Assembly: GCA_903862465.1 (NCBI GenBank)
Contig: CAIOYH010000068.1
Location: forward strand, 66,280 to 128,399
Origin: an uncultured bacterium
Lineage (GTDB): Bacteria; Bacteroidota; Bacteroidia; Bacteroidales; CAIWKO01
Length of the DNA stretch: 62,120 nucleotides
Direction of reading: 5' to 3'
The notes under the pieces were generated by a model. That model searched no databases and was not told the origin of the DNA. It worked only from the letters and a program-made list of their open reading frames with translations. Shown piece after piece: positions 30,161-41,027 of this stretch (its first letter is position 1; every line of letters starts with the position of its first letter). The translations under genes were made by a program, and so were the position numbers.

Positions 30161-30616
30161 ATGACTCTCAACAAAATAAACTTCTTTGCTCAAAACGTAT
30201 CCCAACCTGTCAAAAAGAAAAAATTGATCCGTGCATGGCTTTTACTTTTACTACAAAAAGAAGTTGAATCCTTATCATCTGTCGAAATTAATCTTATTTT
30301 TTGTGATGATGAATACCTATACCAACTGAACACCAAATATTTAAAGCACACAACACTTACTGATATTATTACCTTTGATTATTCGGAAGACAATCATCTA
30401 AAAGCGGATGTGTTTATAAGCACTGAAAGAGTTAAAGAGAACGCGAAACTATTCTCACAAACCTTTACGGATGAGATTTCACGGGTCATGGCTCACGGAC
30501 TATTGCATGTGTGTGGCTATAAAGACAAAACGGCGAAAACAAAAGCGATTATGACTGAAAAAGAGAATTTTTATTTGGATTTACTAAATGATTTTACAAA
30601 CCAAAGCAATGCTTAA
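30161..30616 (+). CDS. ybeY: rRNA maturation endoribonuclease YbeY
   Basis: TDIITF and HGLLHVCGYKD zinc motif. Confidence 0.95.
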   Translation: MTLNKINFFAQNVSQPVKKKKLIRAWLLLLLQKEVESLSSVEINLIFCDDEYLYQLNTKYLKHTTLTDIITFDYSEDNHLKADVFISTERVKENAKLFSQTFTDEISRVMAHGLLHVCGYKDKTAKTKAIMTEKENFYLDLLNDFTNQSNA

Positions 30617-32471
30617 AATTGGTAAAGCAAATAATGTTTTTTCTCTAACGACTCTACTTCTACTTTTTTCTATACTCGTAGTATTGCGATTTATTTATCC
30701 TCCTACAAATGTTCTTTCTTGGGATGTTTTCGGTTATTATTTATATCTTCCTTCGAAATTTATTTACCATGACTTAGGGCTTTCGGACCAAACGTGGCTT
30801 AACAAACTGATAGCTCATTATAATTCTACTGCAACCTTGTATCAAGCCTATATAGGACCTACAGGGAAATGGGTAATGAAGTATTCTATGGGTATGGCGA
30901 TTTTATATATGCCGTTTTTCTTTTTGTCACATGCGTTAGCCCCTATTTTGGGCTATCCTGCTGATGGATTTTCGCTGCCATATCAATATGGAATTGCTAT
31001 TGGTGCCTTGATTTATACTTTTGTAGGGTTGGTGTTTTTTAGAAAGATTTTGTTGCATTATTTTAGTGACAAAACAGCAATGCTAGTCATGCTTCTCACA
31101 GTTTTGGGAACAAATTATTTGAATCAAGCTAGTGTAGGGAATCTTTTAAGCCATAATTTCCTTTTTTCTTTTGTTGCCGCACTTGTATGGTTTACCATTA
31201 AGTGGCATGAGAAGCAAAGACTTATTTACATGCTACTTATAGGCATGCTATCAGGGATAATAACCTTAGTTCGACCGAATGAGGGGGTATGTATCATAAT
31301 TCCGTTTTTATGGGGTGTATTTAATAAGGAAACCTTGGTCGAAAAGCTAAAATTGATTTGGAAAAATAAATTACAAGTAAGCGTTGCAATACTTGCTTTT
31401 GTATTAGTACTTCTTCCCCAATTCTATTATTGGAAAAAATATACGGGCAGTTATATATTTTATAGCTATCCCAATCCTGGCGAAGGACTTGATTTGTTAT
31501 CACCACACATTTCTAATTTCTTATTCAGTTTTAGGAAGGGATGGTTTGTTTACACTCCTATGGTAATATTCTCATTGGTAGGGTTGGTTAATTTATATAG
31601 AAAACGGAGAGAGATTTTTTTCCCAATTCTTGTTTATTCATTAGTATCCTTTTATTTGATTTCGAGTTGGACGTGCTGGTGGTATGCTGGTGGATGCTAT
31701 AGCCAAAGAGCTATTATTTCTTTATTCGTTGTGTTGGCAATTCCTTTAGGATTTTTTATTGAGAGATTAATAGAAATGAAGTGCTATTTAAAATATGTAA
31801 TTTATATTCTTATTGTTTTTATTGTAGGGTTAAATTGTTTTCAATTTTGGCAATTTCAAAAGGATATTTTAAAACATGATGGCATGACAGAAAAATATTA
31901 TTTAGCGATTTTTGGAAAAACAAAAGCTCCCACAAATGCTTCAGAAATGCTTCTTGTTGATAGGTCGGTCACAGGGATTGAATATATGACAAATCCCGAG
32001 AAATATTACAAAAAGATTATTGGTGTTTATGATTTTTCGAAAAAAACCCCTGAAACAAACGAGCATTATACTAAAGACCCAAGTGATTCGAATAGTTATT
32101 GTCTAGCTATGGATAGTTCCCTTTGTTATTCGCCAGGTCCTAGTATTAAGTACAAAAACATAACAGGCGAATATTATGCTTGGATAAGAGCAAAAGTTGA
32201 GTATAAATATTCGAAAAATTATGACGACGAAAACGCTCTTCTTGTGGTTACATTTGACCATAAGGGAGGTTCGTATAAATATTTCGCAGGAGAACTGAAT
32301 TGTACAGATTCTTTAATAACCTCATGGACAAGCAAAACATTTGATTATCAAACTCCTGAGGTAAGAGACATCAACGATGAATTAAAAGTATATGTATGGC
32401 ATAGAGGAAAGAAAGCTGTATATATTAAGAGTATTAGTGTTGAAGTTTATGAACCAATCATAAGTAACTAA
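30609..32471 (+). CDS. Multi-pass membrane protein, GT-C glycosyltransferase-like
   Basis: Lumenal SWDVFGYYLYLP loop, about 11 TM segments, WTCWWYAGGCYSQR motif; soluble C-terminal domain. Confidence 0.65.
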   Translation: MLKIGKANNVFSLTTLLLLFSILVVLRFIYPPTNVLSWDVFGYYLYLPSKFIYHDLGLSDQTWLNKLIAHYNSTATLYQAYIGPTGKWVMKYSMGMAILYMPFFFLSHALAPILGYPADGFSLPYQYGIAIGALIYTFVGLVFFRKILLHYFSDKTAMLVMLLTVLGTNYLNQASVGNLLSHNFLFSFVAALVWFTIKWHEKQRLIYMLLIGMLSGIITLVRPNEGVCIIIPFLWGVFNKETLVEKLKLIWKNKLQVSVAILAFVLVLLPQFYYWKKYTGSYIFYSYPNPGEGLDLLSPHISNFLFSFRKGWFVYTPMVIFSLVGLVNLYRKRREIFFPILVYSLVSFYLISSWTCWWYAGGCYSQRAIISLFVVLAIPLGFFIERLIEMKCYLKYVIYILIVFIVGLNCFQFWQFQKDILKHDGMTEKYYLAIFGKTKAPTNASEMLLVDRSVTGIEYMTNPEKYYKKIIGVYDFSKKTPETNEHYTKDPSDSNSYCLAMDSSLCYSPGPSIKYKNITGEYYAWIRAKVEYKYSKNYDDENALLVVTFDHKGGSYKYFAGELNCTDSLITSWTSKTFDYQTPEVRDINDELKVYVWHRGKKAVYIKSISVEVYEPIISN

Positions 32472-32495
32472 TACAAATTCATAAAAATAAAACAT

Positions 32496-32511
32496 TGTTT
32501 CACGTGAAACC
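32496..32511. promoter_or_regulatory. parS centromere site 1
   Basis: TGTTTCACGTGAAACC, 15/16 match to the palindrome TGTTTCACGTGAAACA, 5 bp before the mnmG start. Confidence 0.9.
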
Positions 32512-32516
32512 TTTTT

Positions 32517-34391
32517 ATGTTATTAAAGAAATATGATATAATTGTTGTTGGGGCTGGACATGCAGGATGTGAAGCAGCATCTGCTGCAGCAACTATGGGG
32601 TCGTCAGTTTTATTAATAACAATGAATTTGAATTTAATCGCTCAAATGTCATGTAATCCTTCTATAGGTGGCGTTGCAAAAGGTCAAATTGTCAGAGAAA
32701 TAGATGCGTTGGGGGGCAAAACCGGAATTATTACGGACGAAACAATGATACAATTTCGTATGCTAAATCGTTCCAAAGGACCTGCAATGTGGAGTCCTCG
32801 TGCGCAATGTGATAGAATGAAATTTTCTGAAAGATGGCGGTTGACTCTTGAAAAAAATCCTAATATAGACTTTTGGCAAGATAGTGTGCAGAAGGTCGTC
32901 ATTAAAAATAATAAAGTTGTTGGAGTTGAAACATTACTCGGAATAAGAATATTAGGAAAAGCTGTTGTTCTTACCAATGGGACATTTTTAAATGGGTTGA
33001 TTCATATCGGTGAAAAGAATTTCAGCGGAGGACGTATGGGAGAACAGGCATCTTTCGGAATAACAGAGTCGTTGGTTATGGCAGGTTTTGTTACAGACAG
33101 GTTGAAAACAGGGACTCCTGTTCGGGTTGATGGCAGGACAATAGATTTTAATAAACTTGAAGAACAACCGGGAGATTTAATTCCAGAAAAATTTTCTTTC
33201 ACAAAAACAAATTTCCTAAAAAAACAAAGAAGCTGTTACTTAGCCTATACAAATGCTGATGTACATTCGCTCTTGAAAGGAGGGTTTGAAAAATCACCTT
33301 TGTTCAATGGTATTATTAAAGGGAAAGGACCTAGATATTGTCCGTCTATCGAGGATAAAATTGTAAGGTTTGCAGAAAAAGAAAGACATCAACTTTTTGT
33401 TGAACCAGAGGGTTGTGATGGCATAGAATACTATATTAATGGATTTTCTTCTTCTTTGCCCGAGGAGGTTCAGTTAAACGCTTTGAGAAAAGTATCAGGG
33501 TTTAAAAAAGCCAAGATTTTTAGACCGGGTTATGCTATCGAATACGATTACTTTCCACCGACTCAACTCAAGGCGACGTTAGAAACAAAAGTTGTTGAGA
33601 ATTTATATTTTGCGGGACAGATTAATGGAACAACGGGTTATGAAGAAGCCGCAGCACAGGGTTTGATGGCTGGAATAAATGCGCATAATAGAAATTTAAA
33701 AAAACCCGAATTTATATTAAAACGTTCAGAAGCATATATCGGAGTTTTAATTGACGATCTAATTACTAAGGGTGTTGATGGGCCTTATCGAATGTTTACA
33801 TCTCGCGCTGAATATAGAATATTATTACGGCAAGATAATGCTGATTTACGATTGACTAATTTGGGGCATAGGTTGGGTTTGATATCTGAAAAAAGAAACC
33901 AAGAGTGTGAAAAAAAAAGAACTCAAATTGGACAGTTAATACAATTCATTAAAAAAGAAACCATATTGCCATCCCAAATTAATGATTTATTATCGAGTGT
34001 TGGAACTCCTCAGATATCTCAGGGAACAAAAATTTATAACATATTATTGAGACCTCAAATTGACATACAATCTTTGTTACAGTGTTCTACGGAATTTAAG
34101 CAATTTGTGCAAGAAAAGAAATTGCAATCGCAAGAAATTTTGAATCAAACAGAAATTCTTATTAAATACAAATCTTATATAGATAAAGAAAAAGAAATTG
34201 CTGAAAAAATAATTAAACTAGAAGAAATTAAATTACATGATGACTTTAATTATAAAGAATTAAAAGCCTTGTCTATTGAGGCTAGAGAGAAGTTAAGTAG
34301 AATAAAACCAAAAACAATTGGACAAGCATCTAGAATTAGTGGTGTTTCTCCATCAGATGTAACTATACTTTTAGTACATTTGGGGCGATAA
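32517..34391 (+). CDS. mnmG: tRNA U34 carboxymethylaminomethyl modification enzyme MnmG (GidA)
   Basis: VVGAGHAGCEAA, MSCNPSIGG, GPRYCPSIEDK, GQINGTTGYEEAAAQG motifs. Confidence 0.99.
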   Translation: MLLKKYDIIVVGAGHAGCEAASAAATMGSSVLLITMNLNLIAQMSCNPSIGGVAKGQIVREIDALGGKTGIITDETMIQFRMLNRSKGPAMWSPRAQCDRMKFSERWRLTLEKNPNIDFWQDSVQKVVIKNNKVVGVETLLGIRILGKAVVLTNGTFLNGLIHIGEKNFSGGRMGEQASFGITESLVMAGFVTDRLKTGTPVRVDGRTIDFNKLEEQPGDLIPEKFSFTKTNFLKKQRSCYLAYTNADVHSLLKGGFEKSPLFNGIIKGKGPRYCPSIEDKIVRFAEKERHQLFVEPEGCDGIEYYINGFSSSLPEEVQLNALRKVSGFKKAKIFRPGYAIEYDYFPPTQLKATLETKVVENLYFAGQINGTTGYEEAAAQGLMAGINAHNRNLKKPEFILKRSEAYIGVLIDDLITKGVDGPYRMFTSRAEYRILLRQDNADLRLTNLGHRLGLISEKRNQECEKKRTQIGQLIQFIKKETILPSQINDLLSSVGTPQISQGTKIYNILLRPQIDIQSLLQCSTEFKQFVQEKKLQSQEILNQTEILIKYKSYIDKEKEIAEKIIKLEEIKLHDDFNYKELKALSIEAREKLSRIKPKTIGQASRISGVSPSDVTILLVHLGR

Positions 34392-34407
34392 TGTTTCACG
34401 TGAAACT
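34392..34407. promoter_or_regulatory. parS centromere site 2
   Basis: TGTTTCACGTGAAACT immediately after the mnmG stop, 15/16 match. Confidence 0.9.
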
Positions 34408-34414
34408 ATAAAAA

Positions 34415-35308
34415 ATGGAACAAATAAATACCTGTGCAATTTGTGGAAAAGGCAACTTTTCTGTTTACTTAGAAAGCAGCGATTATTTTTTAAGTAAAGA
34501 AAGGTTTACTATTGTAACCTGCGACAATTGTGAATTTTTGTTTTTGAATCCACGCCCCGATGCGGTGGAAATTTCTAACTATTATAAATCGGAAGAATAT
34601 ATTTCTCATTCAAATACAAAAAGAGGAGTAATAAATAAAGTTTATCATATTGTTCGGAAAAGAAATCACAAAAAAAAATACAACTTAATTCAAAATCTCA
34701 AAAATAAGGGGACACTTCTAGATATAGGTTGCGCTACTGGGGAATTTATAAATTACTGTAGGAATAACGGATGGACAGTAGCGGGTGTTGAACCTGACGA
34801 GGATGCTCAAAAGTTTGCAAAAACACAATATAATTTAAATGTGTACCCCGAAAGTTTATTAAAAGAAATTCCAACAAATAAATTTGATGTGATTAGTATG
34901 TGGCATGTTTTAGAGCATGTTCATCTACTTGAGCAGAGAATTATGCAGCTTAAAATGTATTTAAAAAACGATGGGGTTGCTATTATTGCAGTGCCAAATG
35001 CAGCGTGTAAGGATGCGGAAATTTATAAAGAGTTTTGGGCGGGGTATGATTTGCCGCGCCACCTTTATCATTTTACAAAGAAATCAATTTTAGAACTTTT
35101 TAAAAAAAACGACTTTGCTTTAATTGAAACCATACCTATGAAATTCGATTCGTATTATATTAGTATGTTGAGCGAAAAATATAAAACGGGGACGGGCAAT
35201 GTGGTAAAGGCGTTTTTAAATGGTTATAAATCGAACAGGTGGGCAAAAAGAAATAATAACAATTATTCAAGCCAGATATTTATATTAAAGAAGAATAACG
35301 TCAAATAA
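34415..35308 (+). CDS. Class I SAM-dependent methyltransferase with N-terminal Zn-ribbon-like Cys pairs
   Basis: CAIC...CDNC, LDIGCATG, WHVLEH, PRHLYHF motifs. Confidence 0.88.
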   Translation: MEQINTCAICGKGNFSVYLESSDYFLSKERFTIVTCDNCEFLFLNPRPDAVEISNYYKSEEYISHSNTKRGVINKVYHIVRKRNHKKKYNLIQNLKNKGTLLDIGCATGEFINYCRNNGWTVAGVEPDEDAQKFAKTQYNLNVYPESLLKEIPTNKFDVISMWHVLEHVHLLEQRIMQLKMYLKNDGVAIIAVPNAACKDAEIYKEFWAGYDLPRHLYHFTKKSILELFKKNDFALIETIPMKFDSYYISMLSEKYKTGTGNVVKAFLNGYKSNRWAKRNNNNYSSQIFILKKNNVK

Positions 35309-35425
35309 AGCGTTTAAACAAAATATGTCCCCACTGTAATATGTATTGCTGTTTTATTTAAAAAAACCTTTCAGGCGCTTTAATTTTAAGCCAAAATTTC
35401 TCAACAAGTTACAGTTTGAAAAACA

Positions 35426-38400
35426 ATGATTGAAAAAAAGAGTATCTTAAAAAGAATTTTTTTAGTTTTAGGCGTTGTCGTATTTTTAGTCTTTGTAAAT
35501 CTAATTTTAAAAAAACAGTTTTTGTCTTCACAAAATGATAGTGAGACGAAAACTAAGAATATTGAAAATATATTAAGAGAGAAAGAAAAACTTTCAATTA
35601 ATAATTTAGAAAAACTTGTCAGCAAGTCCGAAAATAATTTAGCGTATCTTTTATTTAGTGATAAAAACTTGTCAAGGCTATATGATGACGAAAAGATTTC
35701 TTTCTTTTTGTATAGAAGCGATAGCTTAGTCTATTGGTCAAGTAATACTGTTTCGTTGGATTCAATTCAACAGGATAAGATATCTGACAGTTGTTTTGTT
35801 AAATTATCAAACGGGTGGTACGAATTAATAAAGAGGGGAAAAGGCAATCTTATTGTCATTGCAGCAATTTTAGTTAAATCTGAATATAAATACGAAAACG
35901 ACTATCTTCTTAATGACTTTAATGATGATTTCTGTATTTCAGCAGAGAATGCAACGGTTTCTAAAACAGGGAAGCAATTTATAATAAAAAATTATGAAGG
36001 AAAATCACTTTTTTCCATAGCATATAAAACCAATCCATTTTTAAGCAATTTGCTTGAGATTATTATTTTTATTCTTTATCTTTATGCATTTTTAGCATTA
36101 TTGTATTTGGTGTACTTAATGTGTTTCGTTTGTTTTATTAATCCGTCACAAGTAGGCTTTAGAAAGCTTGCTTTTTTAATATTAATTGTGATTGCAAGGA
36201 TATTGCTTTTTTATTTCAAAATTCCTCATGATTTATACAATTTCAAAGTATTTAGCCCGATATATTTTGCGTCATCAGAATGGTTGCCATCACTTGGCGA
36301 TCTTTTAATAAACACAATAATACTTTTCACTATTGCAGTGTTTTTATACAAGAACCCGTTTTACGAACAGATTAAAATACTCAATAAATGGATTTCGATA
36401 CTTCTTTCTTTTTCACTTTTTATTTTCTCTGCGCTTCTGTTTTTCTTTGTTATTGACCTACTTCATTCAATCGTTATTGATTCTACAATTTCATATAATT
36501 TGAATCAGCTTTTTGCAATTAATTTCTTAAGCATATTAGGCTTTTTCATCATTTCGCTTACTATTGTATCTTATTTTTTGATAAGTCACTCGATTATTGA
36601 CTTTTTATTTTATTCAACTAATAAAATTATTCACTTATTGACTGGAGTTCTTCTTGCATGTCTTCTTCTTTTTATACTTCATCCGTATAATTCATTTCAT
36701 GACATACAAATTATACTTTGTTTTGTTGTTTTCAATGGTATTTATTTATTCTTTCGATTTAGCAAGGGCAATAAATTTCTTTTTTATGAAATTGTAATTT
36801 ATTTACTATTGTTTACGTATTTGACATATTATACTATAAATAAATGTAATACTATTAAGGAAATAGAAAAGAGGAAGTCATTCGCACAAAAATTGTCTTC
36901 AGGAGAGGACCCTTTAGCTGAATATATTTTTCGTAATACTCAAAAAGATATTTTAGCGGATAGCATTTTAAAGCAGAAACTCGCCAAGCATTTATTAACT
37001 GAAAATGATATAAGTGATTATGTTACTAAAAAGTATTTTTTTGGATATTGGGATAAGTATAAAATACAAATAACAGTTTGCAATAATTATGATTGCCTGC
37101 TTATTGAACAAACCCAGGAAAAACGAAATTGTATTATGTATTTTGATGATTTGATACGAAGTCTCGGTAAAAACACAAGTTGTAAAAATCTATTCAGTAT
37201 TAACGATGGAAGTGGGGGAAACAATTATGTTTCGAAATTTGAATTTAATGTGGATTCTTCGTCTATTTTCGTATTTATAGAATTGAATTCGAAGTTTATT
37301 CCGAAAGACTTGGGTTATCCAGAACTGCTAATTGATAAAAAACTTTTTATTAATACAGACTTATCGAGTTATTCTTATGCAAAATACGTGAATAATACAT
37401 TGATTGATGCTTATGGAAAGTATTACTATTCATCATCCTTTTTTGTTCAAGATTCTAGAAGTATAGAGGAAACGTATGTTTTCAATAAAGATGGGTATAA
37501 TCATATGTTATATAAGATTGACAACAATTCATTTCTAATAATAAGTAAAAAAAACGGGAATGTGCTTGATACCCTTGCGCCCTTTTCAATAATCTTTACT
37601 ATATTTTGTATCACACTAATATTCGTTTTAGTCATTTCTAGTTTTTCATCTAATGTAAAACTTATACAATTTGATTTTAGAAATCGGTTACAAGTTTCAA
37701 TGGTTTCTATTATTTTAGTTTCCTTTATAATTATTGGAATTTCAACTTATTATTTTATTAGGAATTTAAATGACAACAAAAACACTGATATTTTAAGCGA
37801 AAAAGCCATGTCAATTCTTCTTGAGTTACAACCGGGTATGTATGAATTCGATACGATAAACAATGATCAGCAAATGGCGTTGTCTAATCGGTTGAATAAA
37901 CTGTCAAACGTGTTTTTTACTGACATAAATGTATTTGATATAAAAGGAGATTTGATTGCGTCGTCTCGTTCTCAAATATTTACAGAGGGCTTAATTTCAA
38001 AGAAAATGAACTCCTTAGCTTACCGTCAAATGATTACTGAGAAAACGACACAGTTTATACAAAAAGAGAAAATAGGGAAATTGGAATATTTCTCTGCTTA
38101 TGTTCCTTTTTATAATAGAAAAGGGAAGGTCTTGTATTATGTAAACCTACCCTATTTTGCGAAAGAAAGTGAGTTAAAAAAAGAGTTCTCCTCTTTTCTT
38201 ATAGCATTTATAAATATCTACCTATTCTTGATAGCAATGACGGTATTAATTGCATTGTTCGTAGCAGGACGAATTACTCGTCCCCTAAATATTATTCGAG
38301 AAAAGATTAGCAATTTGAAACTTGGCATCAAAAATGAAAAGATTAATTGGCCAAGGAGGGATGAAATTGGCAGTCTAATTTCTGAATACAATAGAATGAT

Positions 38401-39127
38401 AGATGAACTCTCAAATAGTGCAGGACTTCTTGCTCGTTCAGAAAGAGAAATTGCATGGCGCGAGATGGCAATGCAAGTAGCTCATGAAATAAAAAATCCA
38501 TTAACCCCAATGAAATTGAGTGTACAATATTTAGATAAAGCATGGAAAGATAAAGCACCTGATTGGGAAATACGGCTTGAGAGGTTTACTAAAAATATGG
38601 TGGAACAAATAGATTCGCTATCTACTATTGCCTCGGAATTTTCTTATTTTGCAAAGATGCCTGAGCCTCATAATGAAATTATTTCTCTTACTGATATTGT
38701 AAAAAGTTCCGTAGAAATTTTTAAATCTAATTCAAATATCAATGTTTATTTAGTTTATAGCACACTAGAAAACATTAAAATATTTGCTGACAAAAAGCAA
38801 ATAATGAGGATATTAAATAACCTATTAAACAACGCAATACAAGCGATTAAAAGTAATATCCAAGGAAATATCGAAGTGGGAATTTCTACACGTGAAGGGA
38901 AAGTACTTATTTATATCAAGGATAATGGCGAAGGGATCCCGGATGAAATGAAAGATAAAATTTTCATTCCAAATTTCTCTACAAAATCTGAAGGAATGGG
39001 CTTAGGTTTAGCGATTGTAAGTAGTATAATTGAGAATTATGATGGACGAATTTGGTTTGAATCAAATACTGAAGAAGGAACAACCTTTTTTATTGAATTG
39101 CAACTATATGAATCTGGTAAGGATTAA
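35426..39127 (+). CDS. Large multi-TM sensor histidine kinase (HAMP, HisKA, HATPase)
   Basis: DEIGSLISEYNRM (HAMP), AHEIKNPLTP (H box), NLLNNAIQA, DNGEGI, FSTKSEGMGLGL; no cognate response regulator adjacent. Confidence 0.93.
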   Translation: MIEKKSILKRIFLVLGVVVFLVFVNLILKKQFLSSQNDSETKTKNIENILREKEKLSINNLEKLVSKSENNLAYLLFSDKNLSRLYDDEKISFFLYRSDSLVYWSSNTVSLDSIQQDKISDSCFVKLSNGWYELIKRGKGNLIVIAAILVKSEYKYENDYLLNDFNDDFCISAENATVSKTGKQFIIKNYEGKSLFSIAYKTNPFLSNLLEIIIFILYLYAFLALLYLVYLMCFVCFINPSQVGFRKLAFLILIVIARILLFYFKIPHDLYNFKVFSPIYFASSEWLPSLGDLLINTIILFTIAVFLYKNPFYEQIKILNKWISILLSFSLFIFSALLFFFVIDLLHSIVIDSTISYNLNQLFAINFLSILGFFIISLTIVSYFLISHSIIDFLFYSTNKIIHLLTGVLLACLLLFILHPYNSFHDIQIILCFVVFNGIYLFFRFSKGNKFLFYEIVIYLLLFTYLTYYTINKCNTIKEIEKRKSFAQKLSSGEDPLAEYIFRNTQKDILADSILKQKLAKHLLTENDISDYVTKKYFFGYWDKYKIQITVCNNYDCLLIEQTQEKRNCIMYFDDLIRSLGKNTSCKNLFSINDGSGGNNYVSKFEFNVDSSSIFVFIELNSKFIPKDLGYPELLIDKKLFINTDLSSYSYAKYVNNTLIDAYGKYYYSSSFFVQDSRSIEETYVFNKDGYNHMLYKIDNNSFLIISKKNGNVLDTLAPFSIIFTIFCITLIFVLVISSFSSNVKLIQFDFRNRLQVSMVSIILVSFIIIGISTYYFIRNLNDNKNTDILSEKAMSILLELQPGMYEFDTINNDQQMALSNRLNKLSNVFFTDINVFDIKGDLIASSRSQIFTEGLISKKMNSLAYRQMITEKTTQFIQKEKIGKLEYFSAYVPFYNRKGKVLYYVNLPYFAKESELKKEFSSFLIAFINIYLFLIAMTVLIALFVAGRITRPLNIIREKISNLKLGIKNEKINWPRRDEIGSLISEYNRMIDELSNSAGLLARSEREIAWREMAMQVAHEIKNPLTPMKLSVQYLDKAWKDKAPDWEIRLERFTKNMVEQIDSLSTIASEFSYFAKMPEPHNEIISLTDIVKSSVEIFKSNSNINVYLVYSTLENIKIFADKKQIMRILNNLLNNAIQAIKSNIQGNIEVGISTREGKVLIYIKDNGEGIPDEMKDKIFIPNFSTKSEGMGLGLAIVSSIIENYDGRIWFESNTEEGTTFFIELQLYESGKD

Positions 39128-39212
39128 TCAAACAAGTAAGTTCCTCATTAAGAACAGATAATTCAACGGACTTAACATTTAGGGTTTAGGGCCAAACAGC
39201 TGTCACGTAAAT

Positions 39213-40094
39213 CTATTTTTTGATAAAATGCTTTATCAAATATACAAATAGAACAACTGTAAAAAACGAAAACATAGCATACACTATGGCCGGTTTTTCC
39301 ATCGCAACATCTCTTAAAATAGTTCCTGCTATAAGCAATGCCAAGGCTGTATTATGCAGTCCAACTTCTATAGCAATAGTAAATTGATCAGAAAAAGATA
39401 ATTTAATCAATCTTGCTATTATAAAACCAACCAACATCGCCATAAAGTTAAGCAACAACATAAAAGGAATAATCTGTACTGTTTCAACTAAAGTAATTCC
39501 CGTACCACCACTTGTTTTGCCTAAAAAAATCTTTAATGTAAACACCAATGCTAACAATACGGGTAAGATAAACTTCAAAGGGCGTTCTGTTTTTAGTGCT
39601 ACCCTTTCTTTTTTCATACGGATTATAATACCAATACCTGCTGGAACAATAGTTATCATGAATATTTGCAAAATAGTTTCTAGTACCGGAAGCCGAATAT
39701 CTTTGCCAACACCCATAAAGACATATAAAGCAAGATTGGTCATGAGAGGAATGCTAATCAGGGTGATGAAGCTGTTGATCGTCGTCATGGAAATCGCCAA
39801 TGGAACATTCCCTTTAAACAAATGCGTGATTAAATTTGAAGAAGCACCACTTGCACATAGAGAAACGATGACGATGCCGACCTTTTCAGAATCTGTCAAG
39901 GCAGAAATCCATGCAATGCAAAAGGCTATAATTGGAATAATAAACAGTTGGACAGTCAAAGCGGTTATTAAAGATCGCGGATGCATAAAAATCCCTTTAA
40001 AATCAGAAATCCTAAGAGACAAACCTATGCCGAGCATTATCAATGCCAACACAAGGTTGATAAGAATATCTATGAAATTATATGCTACGAACAT
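39213..40094 (-). CDS. Bile acid:sodium symporter (BASS) family transporter
   Basis: MLGIGLSL, SNLITHLFKGNVPLA and IEVGLHNTALA motifs; about 9 TM segments. Confidence 0.9.
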   Translation of the reverse strand: MFVAYNFIDILINLVLALIMLGIGLSLRISDFKGIFMHPRSLITALTVQLFIIPIIAFCIAWISALTDSEKVGIVIVSLCASGASSNLITHLFKGNVPLAISMTTINSFITLISIPLMTNLALYVFMGVGKDIRLPVLETILQIFMITIVPAGIGIIIRMKKERVALKTERPLKFILPVLLALVFTLKIFLGKTSGGTGITLVETVQIIPFMLLLNFMAMLVGFIIARLIKLSFSDQFTIAIEVGLHNTALALLIAGTILRDVAMEKPAIVYAMFSFFTVVLFVYLIKHFIKK

Positions 40095-40124
40095 CTCTCT
40101 AAGTTTTTATTTATTGACGCTATT

Positions 40125-41024
40125 TCAAAACGTTTTCGCTCTAACAAAAGTGCCTAAAGGTAAATCATTGCCAGATTTATCCTTGAAATATAATTCTCCA
40201 TATTCTTCATGTTGGATGTTTTTGACAAATGATGTCAATAAATTATGTGCTACAAGAGCCGAAAACCCCATAGAATATAGATTTACGACTATGAAAGCTT
40301 TTTCGGGATTCAGCAATTCGGAACAATGTGCCATGAGTTCGTTGATTTGTTCTTCCAATACCCATTTTTCCCCGTCGGGACCTCTGCCATAAGCAGGAGG
40401 ATCGAGAATGATGCCTTCATATTTGTTTCCTCGACGATGCTCTCGTTTCACATATTTCATTGCATCTTCAACCACCCAACGAATACCATGCAAACCGGAG
40501 GCTTCCATGTTTTCATGGCTCCAATTGACCACTTGTTTAACGGAATCAACATGAACGACTTCAGCACCCGCAGCTTTTGCAGCAAGAGATGCACCGCCGG
40601 TGTATGCAAAGAGGTTTAGAACCTTTGGTTGCGTCACTTTTATATCTGTTATGGAATCAAAAATGTAATTCCAATTGTCCGCTTGTTCGGGAAAGATGCC
40701 AAGATGTTTGAAGGATGTCAAACCAAGGCGAAAGCGGAGTTTCATTTGTTTATAGGTATAGTTGATAAACCACTGTTCTTTCATTTTTTTGAGCATTACC
40801 CATTGTCCTTTTTCGCTATTACGTTCTTTGTCGGAAGATTTGATAAACATAGCGTGGGTCAAGCTGTCCCATTCGGTGGGCGAAAGGGTTTTGTTCCAAC
40901 AGGCTTGCGGTTCCGGGCGAGAAATAGTGAATTCGCCGAAGCGTTCGAGTTTTTCGTATCCACCGCTATCTATAAGTTCATAATCGGACCAACCGGAGGT
41001 TTGTATCAATTTAAAATTATTCAT
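40125..41024 (-). CDS. SAM-dependent methyltransferase, RlmI/RlmK-like
   Basis: GIFPEQ, VLNLFAYTGG, VDSV, ILDPPAY motifs. Confidence 0.85.
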   Translation of the reverse strand: MNNFKLIQTSGWSDYELIDSGGYEKLERFGEFTISRPEPQACWNKTLSPTEWDSLTHAMFIKSSDKERNSEKGQWVMLKKMKEQWFINYTYKQMKLRFRLGLTSFKHLGIFPEQADNWNYIFDSITDIKVTQPKVLNLFAYTGGASLAAKAAGAEVVHVDSVKQVVNWSHENMEASGLHGIRWVVEDAMKYVKREHRRGNKYEGIILDPPAYGRGPDGEKWVLEEQINELMAHCSELLNPEKAFIVVNLYSMGFSALVAHNLLTSFVKNIQHEEYGELYFKDKSGNDLPLGTFVRAKTF

Positions 41025-41027
41025 GTG

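Noticed and set aside
29400-39150. AT-rich zone as a horizontally acquired island
   Set aside because: It contains ybeY, mnmG and parS, has gradual borders that cross genes, and has no mobility genes or att repeats.
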